The notes beneath the pieces were generated by a model. It saw only the letters and a list, made by a program, of their open reading frames with translations. It was not told the origin of the DNA and did not search any database. Both the position numbers and the translations under genes were made by a program. Positions 15,932-23,488 of a stretch of 64,000 nt of DNA are shown here, one piece after another (the stretch's first letter is position 1; each line of letters opens with the position of its first letter). Origin of the DNA: an uncultured bacterium. Its GTDB lineage: Bacteria > Krumholzibacteriota > Krumholzibacteriia > JACNKJ01. The stretch spans positions 1,760,001 to 1,824,000 of the forward strand of contig CAVOFT010000001.1 of the NCBI GenBank assembly GCA_963695095.1. The letters run 5' to 3'.

Positions 15932-16446
15932 TGCGACTCAAGCAGGTGGCCGTGATCGGAGACGCGGAGGCTTCCGAAGCCGCCCTCGTCTTCGCCGAAG
16001 CGCTGGGCCGCGCCATCGGACGCCACGGCTGGGCGCTCGTCTCGGGCGGCCGGGACGGCGTGATGGGCGCGGCCAGCCGCGGCTGCCGCGCGGCGGGGGG
16101 CATCGTCGTCGGTATCCTGCCCAGCGCCGACGACAGCGCCGGCAACGAGCACTGCCAGGTGCTCCTGCCCACGGGCATGGGCTGGACGCGCAACAGTCTC
16201 ACCGCCCTGGCGGGGGACGTCGTCGTCGCCATCGGCGGCCGCGCCGGCACGCTCACCGAGATCGCCTATGCCTGGAGCTACGGCAAGCCCATCCTGGCCG
16301 CGACCGGCCTGGGCGGCTGGAGCGAGCGCCTGGCCGGCGAGGCCATCGACGACCGCCGACCCGACCGCCTGCAACCGGTGGCCACGGCGGCGGCGGCCGA
16401 GGCGGCCCTGCTGGCCCTGCTCGGCGAGGGCGAGGCCCGCGCGTGA
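15931..16446 (+). CDS. TIGR00725/LOG-family Rossmann-fold protein
   Basis: VAVIG, SGGRDGVMGAASRG, TGMGWTRN, GGRAGTLTEIAYA. Confidence 0.85.
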   Translation: MRLKQVAVIGDAEASEAALVFAEALGRAIGRHGWALVSGGRDGVMGAASRGCRAAGGIVVGILPSADDSAGNEHCQVLLPTGMGWTRNSLTALAGDVVVAIGGRAGTLTEIAYAWSYGKPILAATGLGGWSERLAGEAIDDRRPDRLQPVATAAAAEAALLALLGEGEARA

Positions 16447-17708
16447 GGCCGCTGCCGCGCATCCGCGAATCCGGACTCCGCGAGCTGCCCAGGCGCCTCG
16501 TCTGGCTTGGCCTGGCCCTGGCGCTGGCCGAACGCCTGCTGGCCTGGCTCCTGCTCGGCGCCGGCCTGCCCACGCACGGCTTCGAATCCGGGGTGATCGC
16601 GGACAACCTGCTCGCCGGGCGCGGCTACACGATGCCCTTCTACTACTGCGACGTGCCGATCCGCTCCTTCATCCCGCCGCTCTATCCGCTGCTGATGGCG
16701 GCCGCCAAGGCGCTCAGCCCGCACTGGGTGCTCCTGCTCCAGGGCCTGCAAATCGCAGCCTCCCTGCTCAACGCCCTGCTCGCCGGCGAGATCGCGGGCC
16801 GCTGGTTCGGTCGCCGCGCGATGATCGGCAGCTTCTTCCTCGTCGCGCTCTACCCGGTCTTCGCGGTCTACTCGCTGGCCATCTTCTCGACCACGCTGAT
16901 CATGACCTGGGTGCTCGTCCTGGTGAACCTGATGGATCGCGTCGAGGCCCCGCATCCCCTGCGCATGGGCGGCCTGACCGGACTCTTCCACGGCCTGGCC
17001 ATTCTCACCTCGCCGCCGCTGGGCCTGCTCGGCCTGCTCTTCCTGTTCCGGCTCTGGCGCTTCCGGCACCCGGGGCGGCTGCGGCGCACCCTGGCCTACC
17101 TGGCGGTGCTCGCCGCCGTCTGGAGCCCCTGGGTCCTGCGCAATGCGCGCGTCCATGGCACGCTCCTGCTGACCAGCACGAACGGCGGCTTCAACTTCCT
17201 GGTCGGCAACAACCCGCATGCGGGCGGCTACACCTGGGGCGAGTTCACCCTGGAGGACAGGTTCTGGCAGGTGGTGGAGCGCGAGCGCGTGGACACGCTG
17301 CCCGAGCCGGCCCTCGAGCGCTGGTTCTACCGCCGCGCCCTGGGCTACATCGCCGCCGATCCCTGGCACTACCTGGGCTTCTTCCTGCAGAAGGTCTACT
17401 ACTTCTGGTGGTGCCGCGACGTCACGCGCTTCGGCTATCCGACGCCCTGGAGCGTCGCCTACCAGTCGCTCTACGCCTTCCTGTTGCCATTCGTTCTGCT
17501 GGGCCTGCTGCTCTGGGCCCGCCGCTGGCGCCGGCTCTTTCCGGCCTACTTCCTGTTCGCCCAGTACAGTCTGCTCTACGGGCTCTACTTCGTGCGCAGC
17601 CGCTTCCGGTGGGAGATCGAGCCCCTGCTCCTGGTGTTCGCCGTGGCCGGCTGGCTGGAGATCCTGCGCCGCTTGCGCGGCGGCGCCCGCGCAGAGGAGG
17701 AGTGGTGA
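16443..17708 (+). CDS. Polytopic membrane protein, GT-C (ArnT/PMT-like) glycosyltransferase
   Basis: Multiple TM segments; IADNLLAGRGY, PPLYPLL, PWVLRN...STNGGFNFLVGNNP, RFRWEIEP. Confidence 0.7.
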   Translation: MRPLPRIRESGLRELPRRLVWLGLALALAERLLAWLLLGAGLPTHGFESGVIADNLLAGRGYTMPFYYCDVPIRSFIPPLYPLLMAAAKALSPHWVLLLQGLQIAASLLNALLAGEIAGRWFGRRAMIGSFFLVALYPVFAVYSLAIFSTTLIMTWVLVLVNLMDRVEAPHPLRMGGLTGLFHGLAILTSPPLGLLGLLFLFRLWRFRHPGRLRRTLAYLAVLAAVWSPWVLRNARVHGTLLLTSTNGGFNFLVGNNPHAGGYTWGEFTLEDRFWQVVERERVDTLPEPALERWFYRRALGYIAADPWHYLGFFLQKVYYFWWCRDVTRFGYPTPWSVAYQSLYAFLLPFVLLGLLLWARRWRRLFPAYFLFAQYSLLYGLYFVRSRFRWEIEPLLLVFAVAGWLEILRRLRGGARAEEEW

Positions 17709-18133
17709 TCCATCCCATGCTCTGGGCCGCGCTCGCGAGCGGGCTGGCGGCCCAGCTCTACAAGGTGCTCGTCGAGAGTCTGCGCGAGCGGCGCCTGAAG
17801 CTCTACCGCTTCTTCGAAACCGGCGGCATGCCCAGCAGCCACACGGCCGTGGTGACCAGCCTCGCCGTCGGCGCCTGGCGGGTCAACGGCTTCGACTCGC
17901 CCTTGTTCGCGATCACGGCCGTCTTCAGCCTCTACTTCATCCTGGAGGCCACCGGTCTGCGCCAGGAGGTGGGCAAGCAGGCGCGGGTGCTCAACGAGAT
18001 CCTCGACGAGCTGATCGACACCCGCCATTTCGCCCGCGAGCGCACCCGCGAGCTGCTCGGCCACACCTGGAGCGAGGTGGGCTGGGGCTTCTTGCTCGGC
18101 CTGGTGGTGACCGTGCTGCTGGTCCGACCCTGA
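17705..18133 (+). CDS. Divergent PAP2 family protein (DUF212)
   Basis: AQLYK, GGMPSSHTA, GLRQEVGKQARVLN, ELLGHTWSEV; GTGA overlap. Confidence 0.9.
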   Translation: MIHPMLWAALASGLAAQLYKVLVESLRERRLKLYRFFETGGMPSSHTAVVTSLAVGAWRVNGFDSPLFAITAVFSLYFILEATGLRQEVGKQARVLNEILDELIDTRHFARERTRELLGHTWSEVGWGFLLGLVVTVLLVRP

Positions 18134-18161
18134 ACGCCGCCGATTCCCGAGCAGGAAATCC

Positions 18162-18190
18162 TTGACGGTTTTCGGACCTCGCCGCACCAT
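18162..18190 (+). promoter_or_regulatory. sigma70-type promoter of the parA-CBM48 unit
   Basis: TTGACG (18162-18167), 17-nt spacer, CACCAT (18185-18190); strong RBS AGGAGGT before ATG 18268. Confidence 0.45.
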
Positions 18191-18267
18191 CCGCAAGCGG
18201 AGACCCCGACAGCCCTGCGCGCCATCCGAGCGGGTCCTCCGGGCGCCCGGACTCAGGAGGTAATCGG

Positions 18268-19350
18268 ATGAAGGTACTGGCCGTCGTCAATCAGAAGGGG
18301 GGCTGCGGCAAGACCACCCTGGCGATCCACCTTGCCGCCGCCTGGGCCAAGGAGGGCTTCCGGGTCCTGCTCGTGGACCTCGATCCCCAGGGTCATGCCT
18401 CGCTCGGCCTCGGCGTCGAAGTCGAGAACTGCGCTCGCGGCTCCTACGATCTGCTCAGCGATCCCGCGGCGACGCTGGCCGAGATGGCCGTGCCGGTCCA
18501 GGCCCATCTCGACCTGGTGCCCGGCGGCATCATCCTCTCGGCCGCCGAGCAGGAGCTGGCCCGCCAGCCCGGACGGGAGAGCCGTCTGCGCAGCGCACTC
18601 CTGCGCCACGGGGGCGCCTACGACTGGGTCGTGGTGGATACGGCGCCTGCGGTGGGGCTGCTGACCTTCAATGCCCTGGTGGCGGCCGATGCCCTGCTCG
18701 TGCCCGTCGACAGCAGCACCTTCACCCTGCACGGCCTGCAGAAGATTCTCGAGACCCTGGAAGTGCTCGAAGAGGAAACGCGCCGCCGGCCGGCCTGCTT
18801 CGTGGCGGCCAACCAGTTCGACCCGCGCACGCTCTTCAGCCGCGAGCTCTATGCCGAGCTGGCGGCCAACAGCCGGATCCGTCTGCTCGAAACGCGCGTG
18901 CGCAGCAGCGTCCGCGTCAAGATGGCCGCCGCCGGCGGCGTGCCCGTCATGGACCTGGCGCAGCCGGGGCCCGTCCGCCTGGACTTCGAGAACCTGGCCG
19001 AGGAGCTGTGGAACCATCTCACCGAGCTCAGCCTGGAGCGGGACCGCGAACTGGAGTCCCTGCTCTTCGGCCCCCAGCTCTGCGAGGAGGGCATCCGCTT
19101 CCGCCTGCGCGCCCCCGAGGCGCGCGAGGTCTATCTCACCGGCAGCTTCAACCACTGGAATCCCGGCGGCATCCCGCTCGCGCCGCGACCCGGGGCCAGC
19201 GGCGCCTGGGAGGTCGTGCTGCCCCTGACGCCGGGCAACTACGAGTACCGCTACATCGTCGACGGCCGGTGGGTGACCGATCCCAGCCATCAGCAGACCC
19301 GCCTCAACGACCTGGGCGTGGAGAACTCGCTGCTCGTCGTCGGCGGCTAG
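18268..19350 (+). CDS. ParA/Soj-family ATPase fused to a C-terminal AMPK-beta-type glycogen-binding domain (CBM48)
   Basis: NQKGGCGKTT deviant Walker A, VDLDPQGHAS, VVDTAP; C-term AREVYLTGSFNHW...GNYEYRYIVDGRWVTDP...NDLGVENS. Confidence 0.9.
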   Translation: MKVLAVVNQKGGCGKTTLAIHLAAAWAKEGFRVLLVDLDPQGHASLGLGVEVENCARGSYDLLSDPAATLAEMAVPVQAHLDLVPGGIILSAAEQELARQPGRESRLRSALLRHGGAYDWVVVDTAPAVGLLTFNALVAADALLVPVDSSTFTLHGLQKILETLEVLEEETRRRPACFVAANQFDPRTLFSRELYAELAANSRIRLLETRVRSSVRVKMAAAGGVPVMDLAQPGPVRLDFENLAEELWNHLTELSLERDRELESLLFGPQLCEEGIRFRLRAPEAREVYLTGSFNHWNPGGIPLAPRPGASGAWEVVLPLTPGNYEYRYIVDGRWVTDPSHQQTRLNDLGVENSLLVVGG

Positions 19351-19366
19351 CGCGAAGGGGCGCCGC

Positions 19367-20069
19367 ATGAGGCCGGCGAGCGGAGAGCGACGCCAGAGCA
19401 ATCACATCCGCAGCATTTCCTGGCTCTTCCTGAGCGAGGGCAAGCGGCGCGCCGGCCCTGCCCCTGGCACCGCCCACTGCCTGCTGCCGCCTCGCGGGAG
19501 CGCCCGGCTCGCCCTGGTTGCTCGCCCTGGCCGTGAATCTGGGCCTCGCCGCTCGCCAGCGGGGCGAGAGCGCCTGCCTCGAGTTGCCGGCCGCCAGCCT
19601 CCCGGTGGCGGCCCGTCTTCTCGGCGCGGCGCCGGAGGCCCTCGGCCTCGACTGGCGCAGCGGCGCCGCGGCGCCCGCCTGGCTGGAGCCGCTGCCGGCG
19701 CTCTATCTCGCCTCCGCGCTGCCTACGCTGCCGCTGGGCCTGCCCGCCTGCCGCTGGCGCTTCCAGCTCGGCGAGGGGCCGCTGCCGGGGGCAAGTCCCG
19801 TCCTCGCCCTGCTGGAAGGTCCCGAAGCGCTGCTGCCGGCGGCGGCGGGCGCGCCGCTCTTCCTGCTTGGCCTGGAGTGCCTGCCGGTGCCCCGCCCCGG
19901 GGTGACGGGGATCTGGGGGCCGCTGGCTCGGCACCAGCTCCTCGATCCGCGCCGCGAAGGCACGCCTGCCCTCCGCGCGGGGGACGCAGCGGTCGCCCGC
20001 CGCTATGGCGGCTTCCTGGAAGCGCTCCGTTCCATGCCGGCGCCCAGTCGGCAGGAGCAGCCCGCATGA
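19367..20069 (+). CDS. Hypothetical protein, probable degenerate ParA/MinD fold (one frameshift near 19439)
   Basis: ATG 19367 frame (…IRSISWLFLSE) joins the 19518..20069 frame if one G is removed from GAGGGC; LALAVNLGLAARQRG and GTPALRAGDAAVARRYGGFLEAL resemble ParA/MinD helices; no Walker A. Confidence 0.5.
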
Positions 20070-20389
20070 GCCCCGCCGCGCCCAGCCCTGCGCAGCTCCC
20101 GGCGATGGAGCCCGTGGTGGCCGTGCTCCTGCGGCGCTTCGAGCTGCAGCTCACCCAGCTCGACGCGCGCATCCGCCTCGAGGAGAGCCCCCTGCGCCGG
20201 GTCTATCGCCTCGACGATCAGGTGCTCGCCGTGCTGCATCTGCATCGGGACCTCTTCCGCCTGGAGACGGGCGGCGTACCGAGCTGGGAGGCCCGGATCC
20301 GCAGCCCGGAAGAGGCCCTGGCCGGCCTCGCCCGCGTGCTGGACCACTACTGGCGGCTCCTGGCGAGCGGCGCGCGGCGCGAAGCCTGA
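20066..20389 (+). CDS. Small hypothetical protein (107 aa)
   Basis: ATGA overlap with the upstream stop, RBS AGGAG, protein-like composition (LLRRFELQLTQLDARIRLEE...). Confidence 0.65.
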   Translation: MSPAAPSPAQLPAMEPVVAVLLRRFELQLTQLDARIRLEESPLRRVYRLDDQVLAVLHLHRDLFRLETGGVPSWEARIRSPEEALAGLARVLDHYWRLLASGARREA

Positions 20390-20497
20390 GCCGCGCCGCG
20401 GCCGTCCCGATGCCCCTGGACTTGCCCCTGAGCTTGCGGCATCATGGCGGCCGGATTTGTCGCCACGGCCGCCAGGCCGCCAACCCCGGAGAGAGCC

Positions 20498-21943
20498 ATG
20501 AAGGACAAGGTGCTCGCGGCCATCGAGACGGCGCGCCTGCGCGGCGCCGACTACGCCGATGCCCGCTGGGTCGAGACCCGCACGGAAGAGCTGATGGTGA
20601 AGAACGGCGCCCTCGCTCTGGCCGAGCTGCGCGGCACGCAGGGGGTCGGCATCCGCGTGCTCAAGGGCGGCGCCTGGGGTTTCGCCGCCACGGATCGCCT
20701 GGAAGGCGACAGCCTCCCCGCGGCCGCTGCGCGCGCCGTTGCCCTGGCCGAAGCCAGCGCGCGGGTGATGGCCGAGCCCGTGCGCCTGGCCGCCGAGCCG
20801 GCGGTCAAGGCCAGCTGGGCGACGCCGCGCGCCATCGATCCCTTCGCGGTCGCCCGCGAGGAGAAGCTCGATCTGCTCAGCCGCGTCGAGCGGGAGCTGC
20901 ATGTCGACGAGCGGGTGAAGGTGGGCCAGGCCCAGATGCTCTTCGACCAGCAGAAGATCCTCTTCGTCTCCAGCGAGGGCGCCGAACTCGAGCAGGACCT
21001 GCTCACCAGCGGCGGCGGCCTGGTCGCCATCGCGGCGGACGGCAACACCATCGAGCGCCGCAGCTGGCCCAACTCGGCCGGCGGCATGCACCTGGGCGCG
21101 GGCTACGAGGTGATCGCCGAGTATGCGCTCGCGGACAACGCCCGCCGGGCGGCGGAAGAGGCCGTGGCCCTGCTCGGCGCCGATCCCTGCCCGGTGGGGG
21201 AGCGGGACATCCTGCTCGACTGGTCGCAGCTCGCCCTGCAGATCCACGAGTCCTGCGGGCACGCCAGCGAGCTGGACCGCGTGCTCGGCATGGAGGCCAA
21301 CTTCGCCGGCCGCAGCTTCCTGACGCCCGAGAAGCTGGGCGTGTTCACCTACGGCTCGCCGCAGGTGAACCTGGTCGCCGACAATACCCTGCCCCGGGGC
21401 CTGGCCACGCGCGGCTGGGACGATGAGGGCGTGGCGGCGCAGAAGTGGCATGTCGTCGAGAACGGGCGCTTCGCCGCCTATCTCACCAGCCGCGAGCTGG
21501 CCGCGGTGGAGAAGAACCCGCGCAGTCGCGGCTGCAATCGGGCCGAGGGCTGGAATCGCATTCCCATCATCCGCATTCCGAACCTCGGCCTGGCACCGGG
21601 CAGCTGGGAGCTGGACGATCTCATCGCCGACAGCGAAGACGGCATCTGGATGGAGACGAACCGCAGCTGGAGCATCGACCAGATGCGGCTGAATTTCCAG
21701 TTCTCCACCGAGATCGGCTGGGAGATCAAGAAGGGCAAGAAGGCGCGCATGCTGCGCGGCTGCACCTACCAGGGGCGCACGCCGGACTTCTGGGCCGCCT
21801 GCGATGCCGTCTGCAGCGAGAAGTGGTGGCGGCCCTATGGCGTCCTCAACTGCGGCAAGGGAGAGCCAGGGCAGATCGCCCGCATGACGCACGGCTCGGC
21901 CCCGGCCCGCTTCCGCAAGATCCGCGTGGGGGTGAGCGAATGA
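20498..21943 (+). CDS. tldD: TldD/PmbA family metalloprotease, TldD subunit
   Basis: GADYADAR, GVGIRVL, Zn motif HESCGHASELDR, WDDEGV, NCGKGEPGQ; start ATG 20498 after GGAGAG. Confidence 0.92.
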   Translation: MKDKVLAAIETARLRGADYADARWVETRTEELMVKNGALALAELRGTQGVGIRVLKGGAWGFAATDRLEGDSLPAAAARAVALAEASARVMAEPVRLAAEPAVKASWATPRAIDPFAVAREEKLDLLSRVERELHVDERVKVGQAQMLFDQQKILFVSSEGAELEQDLLTSGGGLVAIAADGNTIERRSWPNSAGGMHLGAGYEVIAEYALADNARRAAEEAVALLGADPCPVGERDILLDWSQLALQIHESCGHASELDRVLGMEANFAGRSFLTPEKLGVFTYGSPQVNLVADNTLPRGLATRGWDDEGVAAQKWHVVENGRFAAYLTSRELAAVEKNPRSRGCNRAEGWNRIPIIRIPNLGLAPGSWELDDLIADSEDGIWMETNRSWSIDQMRLNFQFSTEIGWEIKKGKKARMLRGCTYQGRTPDFWAACDAVCSEKWWRPYGVLNCGKGEPGQIARMTHGSAPARFRKIRVGVSE

Positions 21944-23289
21944 TCGGCGAGCAGGAATTCCGGGCGATCCGGGAGCGGGTGCTGAAGGCCAGCCAGGCTG
22001 ACGAAGTCGAGCTCACGCTGGGCGGCGGCCGCGAGGAGCTGACGCGCTTCGGCGAGAATCGCATCACCCAGAACGTCTCCGAGGAGCGCTACGAGCTGCG
22101 GGTGCGCGCGCGCCTGGGCAAGCGGCAGGGCCTGGCCACCACCAATGACCTCTCGCCGGCGGGGCTTGCCCGCTGTGTCGAGAACGCCGAAGCCATCGCC
22201 CGCATCCAGCCCGAGAGCGAGCGGGTGATCGAGTTCCAGGCGGGCGGCGAGCGCTGCGAGGACGGCGCCTGGGCCGCCGACACCGCTGCTATCGACGCTG
22301 CCGCCCGGGCCCGCTGGGTGGAGACGGCCGTCAAGGTGGCCGCCGGCCAGGGCATCGAGCTCGGCGGCATCGCGCTGGCGAGCGAGGGCTCCATCGGCGA
22401 CTACGGCGAGATCGAGCCCTTCGCCGTGGCCAACAGCGCGGGCCTGTTCCGCTTCGGCAAGAAGACGCGCGCCGTCTTCGAGGTGAGCGCGGCCAAGGCC
22501 GACGGCGCCGGGCGCAGCCGCGTGCTGGCCAGGAGCGCGGCGGCGGTGGATCCCGCGCGCATCGCCGAGGACGCCTGCCGGCGCTGCCTGGAGAGCCGCG
22601 AGCCCGCCACGCTCGCGCCGGGGGACTACACGGTGATCTTCGAGGCCGAGGCCGCCCAGGATCTGCTCTTCTTCCTCACCTACCTTGGCTTCAACGGGCT
22701 GGCGGTGGCCGAGAAGCGCAGTCCGCTGGGCGAGCGGCTCGGCGAGCGCGTCTTCGGCGAGAACATCACGCTGCGCGAGGTGCCGTCGGATGCGAGGCTC
22801 TTCGGCCTCGGCTTCGATGCGGAGGGCGTGGATACGCAGGCGGTGACGCTCATCGACAAGGGCGTGCTCACGAGCTTCCTGCACGACCGCAGCAGCGCCC
22901 GCATCACCGGCCAGGCGGCGACGGGGCACGGCCTGCCCCAGCCGAACAACTACGGCGCCTTCATTCGCTTCCCCGTGCTCGCGGGGGGCAGGGCGACGCT
23001 GGCCGAACTCATCGCCGGCGTCGAGCACGGCGTGCTCGTCACGCGGCTCTGGTACACGAACGTCGTCGATCCCATGCGCATGATCATCACGGGGATGACC
23101 CGCGACGGCACCTTCCGCATCGAGAAGGGCAGCCTGGCCGGGCCCGTGAAGAACTTCCGCTTCAACCAGAGCCTGGTGGAGCTGTTCAACCGGGTGGAAG
23201 CGCTCGGCGCGGAGCAGGCGCTGGGCGCAATGGTGCTGCCCCACCTGCGCGTGCGGGATTTCCGCTTCAGCAGCGGCACCGATTTCTAG
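21940..23289 (+). CDS. tldE: TldD/PmbA family protein, TldE-like subunit
   Basis: LTRFGENRITQN, PGDYTVIF, FDAEG, TGHG, VTRLWY, TGMTRDGTFRIEKG; lacks HExxxH; ATGA overlap. Confidence 0.88.
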   Translation: MIGEQEFRAIRERVLKASQADEVELTLGGGREELTRFGENRITQNVSEERYELRVRARLGKRQGLATTNDLSPAGLARCVENAEAIARIQPESERVIEFQAGGERCEDGAWAADTAAIDAAARARWVETAVKVAAGQGIELGGIALASEGSIGDYGEIEPFAVANSAGLFRFGKKTRAVFEVSAAKADGAGRSRVLARSAAAVDPARIAEDACRRCLESREPATLAPGDYTVIFEAEAAQDLLFFLTYLGFNGLAVAEKRSPLGERLGERVFGENITLREVPSDARLFGLGFDAEGVDTQAVTLIDKGVLTSFLHDRSSARITGQAATGHGLPQPNNYGAFIRFPVLAGGRATLAELIAGVEHGVLVTRLWYTNVVDPMRMIITGMTRDGTFRIEKGSLAGPVKNFRFNQSLVELFNRVEALGAEQALGAMVLPHLRVRDFRFSSGTDF

Positions 23290-23316
23290 GCTCTACCGGA
23301 AGTTCTGAGGCATCCC

Positions 23317-23348
23317 GAGGTCGCCTGGTCCCGCAGGCGACCTCTTCC
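23317..23348 (+). terminator. Hairpin/putative terminator after tldE
   Basis: 11-bp stem GAGGTCGCCTG / CAGGCGACCTC with 6-nt loop; weak U tail. Confidence 0.5.
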
Positions 23349-23387
23349 GTCTGTCTTAACCATTTGAAAGATAAAGGATTGCATCGA

Positions 23388-23416
23388 TTGAGCCCCTTGC
23401 CGGGGCATGCTATACT
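23388..23416 (+). promoter_or_regulatory. sigma70-type promoter of the C25 peptidase gene
   Basis: TTGAGC (23388-23393), 17-nt spacer, extended -10 TGC-TATACT (23411-23416), AT-rich upstream. Confidence 0.6.
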
Positions 23417-23488
23417 TAACGCCTCTTGTCAGCGACATCACCCCTTCTGTCGCCCAGCGGACAGAAAACCACCACGCAGGAGACCCGG

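Noticed and set aside
20066..23289. Small ORF as a RiPP precursor processed by TldD/E
   Set aside because: The ORF looks globular, is coupled to the parA unit, and no YcaO or other modification enzymes are nearby
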